Of a DNA stretch of 64,000 nt, positions 13,552-26,677 are shown piece by piece. The DNA lies in the NCBI GenBank assembly GCA_012295275.1, contig CM022669.1, forward strand, positions 12,710,001 through 12,774,000. Direction: 5' to 3'. This stretch comes from Chrysomallon squamiferum. Lineage: Eukaryota > Animalia > Mollusca. How positions within the stretch are numbered: position 1 is the stretch's first letter; every line of letters starts with the position of its first letter. Under the pieces are notes generated by a model. That model did no database searches. It was given only the letters and a program-made list of their open reading frames with translations, and was not told the DNA's origin. A program made the translations under genes and the position numbers.

Positions 13552-14578
13552 ATTAAAAAGTGATAATATAACAGAATAAACTAAAAAAAAACATTTAAGT
13601 CTGAATGTCAAACAAAAATAAAATTCTTATATATTAAATTCTTATCTGTTATGTAACAACAATCTCAACAACAACAACAACAAATAATAATAATAATAAC
13701 AGTAATATTTCTTTTTCTACGTTGCAGACATTTTTGTATTTAACATATTTTCACTTTCGAGCCGCTTAACCCAAGAAACCATGTAAATTCCAATAACTGG
13801 AAAATTGATTCATTCTAGTGCAAAGCCTTAAGCGGGAACAAGTGTTCCTTGTAAGTTTTCATTGATATCGTTCTAACCTTTGAGGTTTTTTTTGTTTTAT
13901 GGTGCCACGGTGATATAGCTCATTGCTGTTCTTGAAGGTTTTCAGTACCGTATTCGTTAACGAGTCTGCGTGTGATTTTGACCAATGAGAGGGGAGGAAA
14001 CATAATCATCATGGACAATTAACCGGAAAGATGAACAAATCAATTAGGAAGACGAACCATCGCTAGAAAACAGAGAAAATCGGTTAGTTTGGAAATGCTA
14101 ATAGCAATAACAGTCTTAGCAATAATTATATACTTTTACATTAAAGGTATGTGTAAAATGTAACTAGGCAAAAGGGTCTTTGAAAATACCAATACCTGTC
14201 TAATTAGTGATAATCCACGAGTTTGAAGTCTTCCGTTCAAATAAACATTGTAATTTTATATTCTTTTTAATCACAGTATATTTTGAATAGTTTTCATTCC
14301 ACAGTTTTATAATAATTACGTACAGTCACAGATTACCAGAGCGCATTTTCAACCATAATTTACTAACTTCAGTTCTGAAGACTATTTCTATATGCTTTCC
14401 AGGTTAAACTTTTTAAATATATTTTTCAAGATATGCCATTGTATGTAAATAATTGGGAAAACACTAAAGGCATGCTGTTCTTTTAATATTATTTATTGTA
14501 ATAGTGGGTGAAAATGGTGATACATCATTCTGGGTACTGCATTCTTGTGATGTCTGTTTCGCTTGCCCACTTCCAAAA

Positions 14579-14663
14579 GAACCTCTGCAAGAATGTGGGC
14601 TGAATGAAATATCTTTTGAAATATTAATTATCTGTCTTTTCAGTTGCGTTTTCTTCTTTATCA
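14579..14663 (+). repeat. Dispersed ~85 bp direct repeat, copy 1 (copy 2 at 15710-15794)
   Basis: caagaatgtgggctgaatgaaatatcttttgaaatattaattatctgtcttttca versus caagaatgtggactgaatgaaatgtcttttgaaacgttaattaattgtcttttca. Confidence 0.9.
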
Positions 14664-15709
14664 CGACCAATAAGAATGTAGAAGTCAGAGGAGCTGAAAA
14701 ATGTTTTTCTTAGTTTGTTGATGGAGTTTGTTTAAAAGACGGAGAAATGAATTGCATGGTATATCATTGGCAGATCCTCATCTGCGCCTTTCTGATAGAT
14801 CCATAGCCACTGTTTTGTTAACGCTGACCTAGGCATGTTAAAAATAGTGTGTACCATTAGAATGGTAAAATGACCGATACAAAAGCTACCGTTCTATTTT
14901 TTTCCCATCCACCCTTGCATTCATCTAGACGTTGTTGTTTTTTGTTCGTTTTTTTTTTTTTTTTTTTTTTTATATCGAACCTTTCAAAACTTACATGTGA
15001 ACCATATCAATCAATATTAAATAAAGGACGTTCTAAAATAGTTATTGTGGCTTTAAATGATTTCAGTTACTTTTAAATATGCGTTGTAAGTTAGACATGC
15101 AGTTCATTAAATAAACAGGTCTTCGAGTTTCTCAAACAACATGAAAAGAAAATCCATCACTAATGGAACTGGCGTCAAATCACTTTTCTTCAGTGTCTTT
15201 TATCGTAACTCAGCAGTAAATGGCGCCGTTTCTGTCACAGGAGATACTAACATTAGCTTTTATTTTCTTCATTTTTCATATATATATTTTCAAAATATTA
15301 AATTAAAAGTCAAACTATTTACAGTTTTGATGTTGCTGAAATCTAAAGTGCACGTTACTGTCATCTTTCGTACCAATGCATTAAAATCCAAAGTATTACA
15401 AATGTTAAAGAATTTGTATGTTATAATGTTCATATCACTCGGTAAACAATAACAGTATGAAAGGCTTATAATTTTCTCTTTTTTGTATTTTAACCATCCA
15501 TTGTAAGTGTGACGTGCCTTACACAGATTCAGAAAAGATGACAATATTAGTGCCAGTTTTAATATATATATAAATATATCAGTTATGGTCAACTGACATC
15601 ATGAATTGTTACCGAATATTTATTTAGCGTTATGCACAATTATTTGCAGAGTTATTTAATTATTACCGTTAGTAATGTCATGACCTCAGTTTTATTGTCG
15701 TGTTTCTGA

Positions 15710-15794
15710 AGAACCATTACAAGAATGTGGACTGAATGAAATGTCTTTTGAAACGTTAATTAATTGTCTTTTCACGGTTTTTTTTTCTTTATCA
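15710..15794 (+). repeat. Dispersed ~85 bp direct repeat, copy 2
   Basis: See copy 1. Same orientation, ~1.13 kb downstream. Confidence 0.9.
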
Positions 15795-18601
15795 GTAAAA
15801 TAACGCTTTGCATGACTGACAAGAAGGTGAAAATCTGGTGAGTACGAAACTGTTATTTCCTCACATCATGAATTATTAATCCTATTGGCAGCTATTCAAC
15901 GTTATAAATTACTATCAGTATTTACTATCAATAGTTATAAAACGTCATTTAATAATATAGGGTCCATTACGTTAATGTAATGTAACACGTTCAAATTATC
16001 AGATATTGTTTAATGTTATAAATTCACATAGCGGTTTGAAGTAAATTTACGTTAGAAAGTATTATTGGATGGGAGTTGCTAGACGACTTATAAATGATTC
16101 AAGAGAAATTTTAATAATTAGTTATATGAAAGTTTTTAAGTTTTTATATTTCATGTTAAAGAAAAAACACCTTTAAATATAACATCAAAATTCATGGCTT
16201 TTAAAACAAAATACAGTATGTTTGGGTTTAGACTTGTATATTTTAAAGTAAAAAAAAAACCCAAACAACTTCTGTAAACCAGTGGTTCTTTCAGCTTCCG
16301 ATGTTTTCTTTTCACTTGCTATTAAACCATATTTCAAGGCAAAAAAACATGAAAATCTAGTCTGTGGAATTCGGATTCCATTCCCGCTCGTTTTGACCCT
16401 AATTGAATATGAGATACGTAAAATTATTCTTGTACTAAAATACATACCTGTGGTGTAGCATTTCAGGGCTGCGCATTTCTCGTTTGCAGGAACGTACAAC
16501 TTGGGGAAGTGATCATGACATTTTAATTAGTTACATAAGCAGTTCAGTAATATCTGTGCAACTATTCCTGTAATGAAATCGTAATCGTTTAGCTGCGTTC
16601 ACCTGTCTTTCATGATTAGGATTTGGTTGCATAATAAATAATTAAAGAGAGAAAACAACTATTTCGTGTACAAGTCAGTTAACTCGACTCAGGGTGGAGT
16701 TCTAACTGTGTTGTACAGTCTATAAATTTTAATTATTTGTTGTTTTTGTAATTATTTGTTTTTAATGAAATTATGCATAATGCAGTGATTATTATTAGAA
16801 TTCGGAACCGTGTGTGTGTGTGTGTGTTACTATTTATTATTATTGTTAATGCTGTTATTATTATTGTTACTGCTGTTGTTGTTATTGCTGATTTCGTTGT
16901 TATTATTAGTATTATTATAGTTGTTGTTGTTATTATTATTATTATTATTATTAACAATATTGTTGCTATTGTTGTTAGATATTTTCTAAAGCAGTGGGCA
17001 ACAATTTTTGTTTTTTATAAATTACGTTTAAACACAGGGTTATACTAATATGTATAAGTCGATTAAAATCATTAATTCTTGTAGTATATTCATTTTTTAA
17101 TATAGCTATCTATCTATCTATCTATCTATCTATCCATCTATCTATCTATCTATCTATTACACACTTACAATTTCCACGTGTTTTAAAGTAAGTGCTTAAA
17201 ACAGCAATAACAACAATAAAAAAACCTAAAAACATTTTTAAAAATGCCATCCACAGTAACAACCACTTTAACCGCAATCATCATCACATTGACTGAACTG
17301 ACTAATTTTTCATTCGAAATGCTTTCTCCGGAATGCTACAGCGCTAGCTAAACGCGTTAACGATCATCAGTAAAATATTACTTATGTTCTCAAACAAAAT
17401 AATGACTTTCTCATTCGACTGGAAAGACATTACATAATTTTTATCAACCGAGAACATCCCGGGCTTCTTCAGCCATAAAACAAGATGCAGATCCACCGCA
17501 CGCTTTTTCGAAATCGCTTTCGTAAGAAGAGTTACTTCCCCACTATGAAATTGCGGTTACGTCATAGTGTGCCGCTTCTCGTCATGACATGTCACACATT
17601 AGTGACAAATACTTTCCCCATTATCAGGCTGCTAATTCAGCTACCTAGTAATAAGCACATACTTGTCGGTTTCTATATATTTAGATGGTGTCTAATTGCA
17701 GATGTTTCCTTTTTGATTTTTTTTATCTCTCTCGCTTTTTTTTTTTTTTTTTTTTTCATTTGGCTGTATTTGGCCTCTTGTGGCGTGCTTTTGTGTTTGC
17801 ATATATATATTATTTTTTTTCTAATACGATATTTAACATTTTCTAGTTTCTTTGGTTTGTGTTTATATATAACAAATGCACTAATATTTACATATTTGAC
17901 GAATAATAATAATATAAAATCTATATATTTTCTTTCTTCTATGTAGAATATTTTTCTTTTTCAATTTTTACCTTTTTCGTTGGTTTTTTTAGTTTGTTTT
18001 TCACTTATTTTCCCCATTTCTTTATCTTTCCTTGTTTTTATTCTCATTTATTAGGAAATATTTGGTGATTTGTGTCACAAACTAATCTAATGCGACAGGA
18101 AAAGAAAAAATAAAAATAAAAAATCTCAAACCCACGCAAAGCGGAAATTGGTGTCATGCGCAGATAAGGTAAACAAATCCATAGTTACCTCCCTTCGATG
18201 TTTTCTCTAAGAATAAACCGACACAGCTGATGATCGTCTGCTGCAGAAAAATGAACGTCGACGGAATCTTGTAAAAACAAATATCTTCATCTAATCCAGA
18301 ATAAAAAGAGCAAATTAACAATCATAATCATGGCATTTCCTCTTACACTGAACATATTTTCAAGGAATACGCATTCTAAAATTCTAGTATTTGTCTTTTT
18401 TCCCAATTCATTTGTTATATAAACAGTACCATCTTGGCACTGATACGCATCTTAAATGATCGCATATGAAACGAATTTAAAACCGAACCACCAACGAAGA
18501 ACTACGCTATTTGGGAAAAATAATATCCTGAAGATAAGGCATTGTTAACTAATTTAACAATGGAGGTAAACAGATTTAAACAAATAACAAATAATTACTA
18601 A

Positions 18602-18810
18602 ATGAATAAATGAAATAATGGTATATGTAATAATATAAAATAATACTAGCTATTTAACAGCATTAGAAAATATAAATAAATAAACAACAAATAAATAATA
18701 AATAAATGAAATACATATAATAGGCAGATGAATAAATGAAAAATGGAATATATAATATATAAATAATATTTACAATTTAACAGTATTAGAAACATAAATA
18801 AATAAATAAA
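18602..18810. repeat. Diverged AT-rich tandem duplication, period ~126 bp
   Basis: atgaataaatgaaataatggtatat...atttaacagcattagaaaatataaataaataaa recurs from 18728 as atgaataaatgaaaaatggaatat...atttaacagtattagaaacataaataaataaa. Confidence 0.75.
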
Positions 18811-18866
18811 TATGATAACTAAAGTAGTATTAACAACACAAATATGGTGTTATATAAAATATTATT

Positions 18867-18922
<56 letters not shown>

Positions 18923-19630
18923 TAACTCAATATTTTATTTTAATAAATAAAATAAACCAATCAGTTGATGAATCTAGTCTGAAAGGAACAAAAAAAAAAA
19001 AAAAAAAAAAAACAATAATGAAGAAGAAGAAGAAAAGAACAAAACAAAGCAATAAAGAAGAAAACGAAAAAGAGCTAGCAGAAGAAACACAGGCAAGAAA
19101 AAAAAAAAAAAAAGTTAAAAGAAAAGTGTTTTGGTTTTGACAGGTACTCTCGCACCATAACGCTGATGTGATTTCAGAACGAGGAAGTGACTACAGTTAC
19201 GAAAGTCATTTAAACAGTCGTACTGTGCGTCTGTTTCGTGTTTTCTGGCTGAGGAATCTTGCTGTGTCTGCAATCATTACAGTCAATAAACTTCATTATT
19301 TATAAACATAAACGTCGTTGGAAAAATTTCCCTCTTGCAATAAACGTTTTAATGCCAAAACTCTCCTATATATATATATATATATATAAACATCAGCTTG
19401 TATTCATAACTGTATACACAGACATATTTACATACATGCATACATACACGCATACCTACATACACACATGCATACACACATAAATAGATACAAACATATA
19501 CATACATACATATGTACATTCATACATACGTATGTACATGCGTATAAACATGTAAACAATTTCTTGCGTAGAAGATGACCTACTAAAATGAACAAACAAA
19601 TAAATAAATAAGGAAGCATGCTGATCAGTA

Positions 19631-19665
<35 letters not shown>

Positions 19666-19749
19666 AGACGCTGATTAATAGAGAGATATATTTATTATCC
19701 ATGGTAAGTAAGCTTAAGTGTACAACTTTTAGAAATTTAATCATTATAA

Positions 19750-20400
19750 AAAGCGAGCACGGATTCACGAGGTCGCTTTCATAGCGAGTTTGCGGTGCTT
19801 TGCGCTGAAGCACACGACCGCTACGTGTTCCCGTCGAGCACTTTACTCATTACCGCGGATACTCCGGAATTAAGAACTACTTTGTCCGGCCGCAGTAACA
19901 CAGCGGTCACTCGCGTCCGTTAATTGATCTCGAGGTTAGGTCTGAAGTACGGACTGTTATCCCGTTATCGACACGCATCGAAAAAAAAAATCGAACCGGG
20001 GCCATATTCGGAACTTTTTCTTTAATTCCTGTGTTTACCTAACTCGATATAAACTGTGCAGCGACATAAACCGAAGCGGTCCGGACGACAGATGAGATGA
20101 GGTTTTTCACAAGATGTTTGAGGAAGAAAGTGCCCGTCAGACACATTAAAATAAAGAATATTACCTCGCTTTGCGTTGTTATATTGATTACAAGCGAATC
20201 CCGAGACTTAAGACACGGTCATAACGGTGTTTTCGCGTGTTATGATTTCCTATCGTCGATATTGGAAATTATTTCGTTTTGCTGTCGCTCGAGTAATCTT
20301 GATGTGATAATTCTTCGTGTAACTGACATAATTCTTCGCATGATTTGTATGTTTAGGTTGACTGTTCTAAACATTTTTGAAGATAACGTTAGTGATTTGA
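19750..20400. promoter_or_regulatory. CpG-rich non-coding island, candidate cis-regulatory element
   Basis: Markedly higher GC and CpG than the flanks, no recognisable ORF, bounded by AT-rich SSRs. Function is inferred only. Confidence 0.4.
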
Positions 20401-20544
20401 GATTTACATTCGTAATACACACCTACGTACAAATTTTAAATGCATGTTTTTTTTTTTGTATTTATCAAATACGCAAATATAATTTTTGAAATAGTTTTAC
20501 ATGACATTATTTCTAAATTAAAAAATATAAATAAATATAAATAA

Positions 20545-20606
<62 letters not shown>

Positions 20607-20908
20607 TTAAATTAAATTAAAATAATGCTCCAATCTGAGCTGTTAATATTAAATCTGTTTCCAACACATTCAGACTCATGTACACACACATCCACAGTTA
20701 CAAACACAGATACAAACACTTTCACCAACACTCAGAGGCATATACGCAGTCACACATCCGTTCTAGGACATGCATACAAACAACTTACCCCTAACGAACA
20801 CACACATACAGATAAACACACGTTTACACAGATAAACACACGTTTACACACATAAACCTTCGCAAATACACTCTCACTCATTCACACACACACACCCACA
20901 CACCCACC

Positions 20909-20947
<39 letters not shown>

Positions 20948-21308
20948 ACCATTCTTTGCAACAAACTCTGTGACTTTCCGGTAACAATGTAATTATTTTT
21001 TTTATTACACCTAATGTTTTCACGAATTTTTATTCTCAAAAGAAAATAATAAAATGTTCATTTCCTATTTCATAACACTTCTAAGTTGCTACTGGATCTG
21101 GACTATAACAAACAGACAGAGATGGAAATAAAAAATAAAAATAAGAAAAACAAAAATTAAAACAATAAGAAAAATACAAATAAGAAAATAATTATAAAAA
21201 AAGCGCTGAAACTGTTGTTATTTACTAATTTTTATTTAATTTATTTCAAATATTTTAACAGCATTTTTATCTAATTGCAACCAAAATTTGTTTAAAATTT
21301 TAATTTAA

Positions 21309-21340
<32 letters not shown>

Positions 21341-21869
21341 ATAATAAGGTTATTTTTAAATTAGAATTATTCTTTTTAAAACATACATTAACACCATTCA
21401 AAAATTAATAACACCCCAAGCAATACTTTTTTTTTGTTTAGTCTAGCGAACGACATACTGGGAACAATAAAATTCTGAAATATTTATATCGAAAAAAAAG
21501 AAAAAAAAAAAAAATGAAAAAGAAAATCAATGGAGAAATTAGTGCGAGGCACCCCGGGTTATGTTGAAATAATCAAATTATTTCGCTTCGTTCGATCCTA
21601 TATTTTTCATTTAACACTTTTGTCTGGGATGCGGTATTATTAATGAAATAAAGACTTCTATAAAGTCAGTATCTTAGCTGATAATTAGATTAGCCTAGAT
21701 TTTATTTTTTTTTTTTTTTTTTTTTTTTAACTCCCCTTTGTGTTTTTTAAACTATTGTATTGTTATAGTTGACCCTGACATAAATGTGTCGCCTTTTTCG
21801 GGGTGACCATGTTCTTAGTAGAGTTTTGAATGCGTAGTATTGCCGTATGTATGCATGTTAGTAAATTTT

Positions 21870-21901
<32 letters not shown>

Positions 21902-22030
21902 TATTATTATCATTATTATTATTATTATTTTAATTATTATTATTATTGATTTTTTTTATCTGTATCAATCTATATCTGTCTGTCTGTCTGTCTGTCTGTC
22001 TGTTTATCTGTTTATCTATCTCTCTATATG

Positions 22031-22530
22031 CAAGTGGTACCGTGACATGCGAGTTTAATTCGAACCCGAACATTGACCGGACTCGTAACTCAAATTGCTC
22101 GTATATCAAATCAATTTTTCAAACTGAAATTAATTGAAATACCTAAAATCCACCCCATTGTTTTTAAACAAGAAAACTATATATATATAAATTACAAATA
22201 TTGTATAAAAAAACAGAAAAAAGGTCCGCAGCTTAGAAATTATTTTAACACCTTTGGATGGAGTTATAGCCTTTATCCACTACTTCTGCTTCAGTATGGT
22301 ACATATCGTAAAAATACTGCCTAGCCATGTTGACTACTACTATGTCGCTCGTGTTTTTCTATGATTTCATGCTTTAATTCAATGGGCATCATCCACTTCT
22401 TCTTCTGGGCACTTTCCTTTGCATTCACTTTCTTAGGATCCATGGAAATTTGGCACAGAACTACTGCACAGAAGACAAACACAAACAACAGATGCTTGCT
22501 TCCACGGCGAGGTAACCACGTGAAGCAAAT
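22031..22530 (-). mobile_element. Tigger/pogo-type (Tc1/mariner superfamily) DNA transposon remnant, internally deleted, one TIR visible
   Basis: Tigger-like terminus caagtggtaccgtgacatgcgagtttaattcg...ctcgtaactcaaattgctcgtatatcaaatcaatttt at 22031-22140, next to a transposase N-terminus on the minus strand. The second TIR was not found. Confidence 0.8.
22345..22443 (-). pseudogene. Truncated Tigger (TIGD1-like) transposase N-terminus, start of the CENP-B-type/psq HTH
   Basis: MDPKKVNAKESAQKKKWMMPIELKHEIIEKHER resembles Tigger transposase starts (MGPKKV..K.S..KKKRM..IE.K.EIIEKHE.G). Similarity breaks off and a stop follows 8 codons later. Confidence 0.8.
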
Positions 22531-22607
22531 ATTGTTCATTACCATATTTAATGATTAAAGTAGCAATAAGACACGTTTAATAATAGCCGTCTCATTAGAC
22601 GTGGTCT

Positions 22608-22683
<76 letters not shown>

Positions 22684-23203
22684 AAAACAAACAAACAAAA
22701 CAAACAAAAACAACACTGACTGTTTGTTGTTATATTTGTATTTAAATATTAAAACTTGAATTCGTTTACACTTGTGTGGATTTCGACATTTGTTTATACA
22801 GGTGGAAAAGACACCAAACGACGTCAGCATACACAATAAAGTATGACGTAATTTCCATTGTTTTAATCGCGCAGCGAGGAGGATGAAGCAGGTATTAAGC
22901 AAATTTATTTTCCGTTTCTTCTTTTTTGTTATTTATATATATATATATATATTTTTTTATTTAATTGTTTGTTTGTTTGTTTGGTTGGTTGGTTGTTCGG
23001 TTGGTTGGTTTTGTTATATTTGTATTTATTATTTATTATTATTTTTTATTATTATATATATATATATATTTTTGTGTGTGTGTGAAGAATGTATGTATTA
23101 GGGATGAAAAGCAAACTAATATAGCAAAAAAAAAAGAGAAGAATTAAATGAAACAGAAGATAACATACTATTCCTTATTGGAGAGAAAATAGTTAGGTAC
23201 AAA

Positions 23204-23257
<54 letters not shown>

Positions 23258-23457
23258 CAAAAAAAAAAAAAAAAAACCCACCCACCCAGAAACAAACAAA
23301 ACAAAAAAAAAACAGTATTTGAGATTTTAGTTTTCTAGTCACATAAGAAACCCGTGTATTCGCGTAACGACATCATAAGGTGAGCAACTGCTTTGAGAGT
23401 GTTGTGTGAGAGAAATATATTTATATATTTTAACAGCAGAAATCCTCTTGTGAAACA

Positions 23458-23488
<31 letters not shown>

Positions 23489-23489
23489 C

Positions 23490-23770
23490 TCATTTAATTG
23501 GTTGCTATCCGGATTGTTTATTACCCACGTGACTAATAACATCTGACCCAGAGCAAAGAGCAGGAGCCATTGTCTAATCATCAGCTGAAGATTTACGACA
23601 GTAATTATGAAAAGTGACCGATTGTGTTAACGCATTTACTGTTTGACCTTTGATATTATAATTGCAGACAGATCATTATTTGTGCTTGATGGAAACATCA
23701 GCTCTCAGCAGATTCACTGTAGAAAGTAATGTTAATTTTTGTCTCTCTTTAACCTGACAGTTCGAGTCTT
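23490..23770. promoter_or_regulatory. Enhancer-like non-coding island
   Basis: Unique sequence between SSRs with E-boxes (cacgtg, cagctg), Sox-like ccattgt, TCF-like cctttgat, Hox-like gatttacga and taatta, and TALE-like tgacag. Motif presence alone does not show function. Confidence 0.35.
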
Positions 23771-24001
23771 ACCTTTTACTGACTTTTTTCTTGAGACATC
23801 ATTTTTGTTCGTTCTTTTAATCTGAAATTGATTGAATATTCAGCTTTTAATAAAGAGCCATTGGTGATAAAATCTGTTTAAACACACACAAACAAACGCA
23901 ATTACCCAGACGCACACATACGCACATACACACACACTATTGAATACAAATATACCAACGTACGTAAAAATGCTACCTACCTACCTACCTACCTACACAC
24001 A

Positions 24002-24062
<61 letters not shown>

Positions 24063-24616
24063 TTATATTTATATTTATATAAAAATAAAATAAAATAGAT
24101 AAATAAATTATAATTTGCAATTTTATCTATGCTTCTTTTTTCTTTCATCAATACATTTTCTGTTGGGTTATTTCTTTTCAAAAATCTCTCTCTTTCTTTT
24201 TTTTCTCTTTAAAAAAAAAAAAATCACTTACTGGCTAGACGAGATGTAGGTCCTATAAACGGTTAAATTGTCACTGGTAATGGGTTTTGATCGCGAGAAG
24301 CAATAAAACAACTGAACTGGAATCAACGTCTTGTTTCCTAACATAGCAGCGATCGAATTTGTCTTTGATATGATCGGTATCGGTCGTGAATTTTTTATAC
24401 AACTTTGGAAGAATTCATTAAATACGCCGATGAGTTGTACGGAGAAGATGAAACTAATACGGACGTAATTAGACAGTTTTATTTGTTTGATATACATTTT
24501 TTTTAGGTATTTATATTCATCATACATTCACAGTTGACATCCTCTTTCGACCATCAGCGTCATCATTTTGATTATCAGTTCCTTATCATGAATATTGTTT
24601 GTTAAGCTCATCATCT

Positions 24617-24700
<84 letters not shown>

Positions 24701-25471
24701 TATACTTATTCTTTTTTTTTTCGTCTTTTTAATCATTGTTGGTATGATTGTATTTTTATATTTATTATGATCAGCATTGTCATCATACATACACACACAC
24801 ACACACACACATACATATATATATACACACACACATAAATACAAATATGTACATAGAGTGCAGTTATTACCATCTTCATCATCATTATCATAATCATCAT
24901 AAAAATCGTTAAAATCCTACTACTTTAGTTTTTTACCTTCAGTAAATTATTATCATCATCATCATCATCATCGTCATTATAATTTTCTGCTTCATATTCA
25001 TTATTTCACTGGTGGTCCTCGCTAATTTGCCAATAACTTATTTCTCTTGTACTTTTGCTTATTTTTATATATATATATATATATACTACTTTTTATTAAT
25101 ATTTAACGAGAAAACGAACTATAAGATTCTTATCTCTGCTATAAACATTTACTGGCAGTAATACGATGTGGTGGCTAGCGACAAAGCTTTCCGAGCCATG
25201 ATGATTATTGTTTTACCACTTAAAACACTATCAAGTAACACACAGATTATCTTCCACATCCATGATTATAATTCTGGCTGAGGAGGTTGAAATATCATTA
25301 GCAGTTCAGACTAAATTAAGTATTCGAGGAGCAACATTATTGTGAAGTTAATTTTTCTGGCGCTAATGGATGATTTGAAAACAATGTGTGGTGTTCTCTA
25401 GCACGAGTTCAAATCTCGGGTCAAGACTAATTTCGTTTTGAATGAAAGAAACATACACACACACGCAAATT

Positions 25472-25472
<1 letters not shown>

Positions 25473-25552
<80 letters not shown>

Positions 25553-25670
25553 GGAGGGAGAGGGAGGGAGAGAGAGAGAGAGGGAGAGAGAAAGAGAGAG
25601 AGGGGGGAAGAAAGACAGAGAGGGTAGGGAAGGGAGGGAGAGGGAGGGAGGGAGACAGAGAGAGAGAGAG
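25473..25670 (+). repeat. (AG)n tract grading into GGGA repeats; polypurine tract
   Basis: Direct reading. G3 runs at 25552-25568 and 25622-25652. Confidence 0.95.
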
Positions 25671-25814
25671 ATACAAAAAAAACGTATAGGTAGAAACAGG
25701 AGCTAGATAGATAGATAGATACCTATCAAAAGATAAATATATATACAGATAGATGAGATAGAGATAATTAATTTAAGTGTTACTAAATATCGTAAAAAGA
25801 ATAAATTAGTGTTT

Positions 25815-25872
<58 letters not shown>

Positions 25873-26397
25873 TAACAATAATAATAATATATCGAAATAA
25901 AGCAGATGTTAAAAGACATAATGAAAATACAATGAACAAAAATATATAAACATGCAAGATGGATGCAGAACATATTATCCTTTGAAAGGCGAAAGGCCAT
26001 ACCCCTACAAAGACAGAAAGAACAGAGAACACATATACATCTGTTTCATAATACAAAACACAAAAACACGCAAAACCACATACAACGTAGCATAACCTAT
26101 TAAATCGTGCGCGTGAGGTTTGTTAAATGCATTTCAAGCTATGTTCAACAAAATGCCATCAGTGTTTTTTAAAGAATAAAACAGCGGAAGAAAATGCCAT
26201 TTTCTCAACAACAATTCGCGAAATGGTTTTACGATCTCTACACGCGGCGTGTTTATTTGGCCAGATAATGTAAACATCATTACACTAACACAAAAGAAAG
26301 AGAAAGATAGGTAAGTGAGAGAGATATATATATATATATATATTTTTTATTGTATTAGCCAAGAAATCAGTTTGGAGAATGAGAAAATCTACAAGAA

Positions 26398-26434
<37 letters not shown>

Positions 26435-26595
26435 TCTCTATGTTCTCGTTATACGCTTCAGTTGTAAATAAACCAGAGGTAAAGATGAAACCTACTGTTA
26501 CAAATTTTTTTTTCGTACCCGTTACAAATATAACGACGTCCTTGGAGGGAGAGAAGCAAAAACGGCAAATTGTTTGCATGTGTTGTATGTCTCGG

Positions 26596-26677
26596 CTTTT
26601 GCACGTGTATTTGACTTCATCTTTTGCACGTGTATTTGGCTTCAACTTTTGCACCTGGATTTGTTACGCGTGCAAAG
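26596..26677. repeat. 25 bp tandem repeat, ~3 copies (CTTTTGCACGTGTATTTGACTTCAT), followed by an inverted partial copy
   Basis: Copies start at 26596, 26621 and 26646. cgtgcaaa at 26669-26676 is the reverse complement of tttgcacg. Confidence 0.85.

Noticed and set aside
14280-14370. LINE ORF2 C-terminal remnant (minus-strand IKLWNE)
   Set aside because: Only a ~6-residue resemblance with no other supporting motifs.
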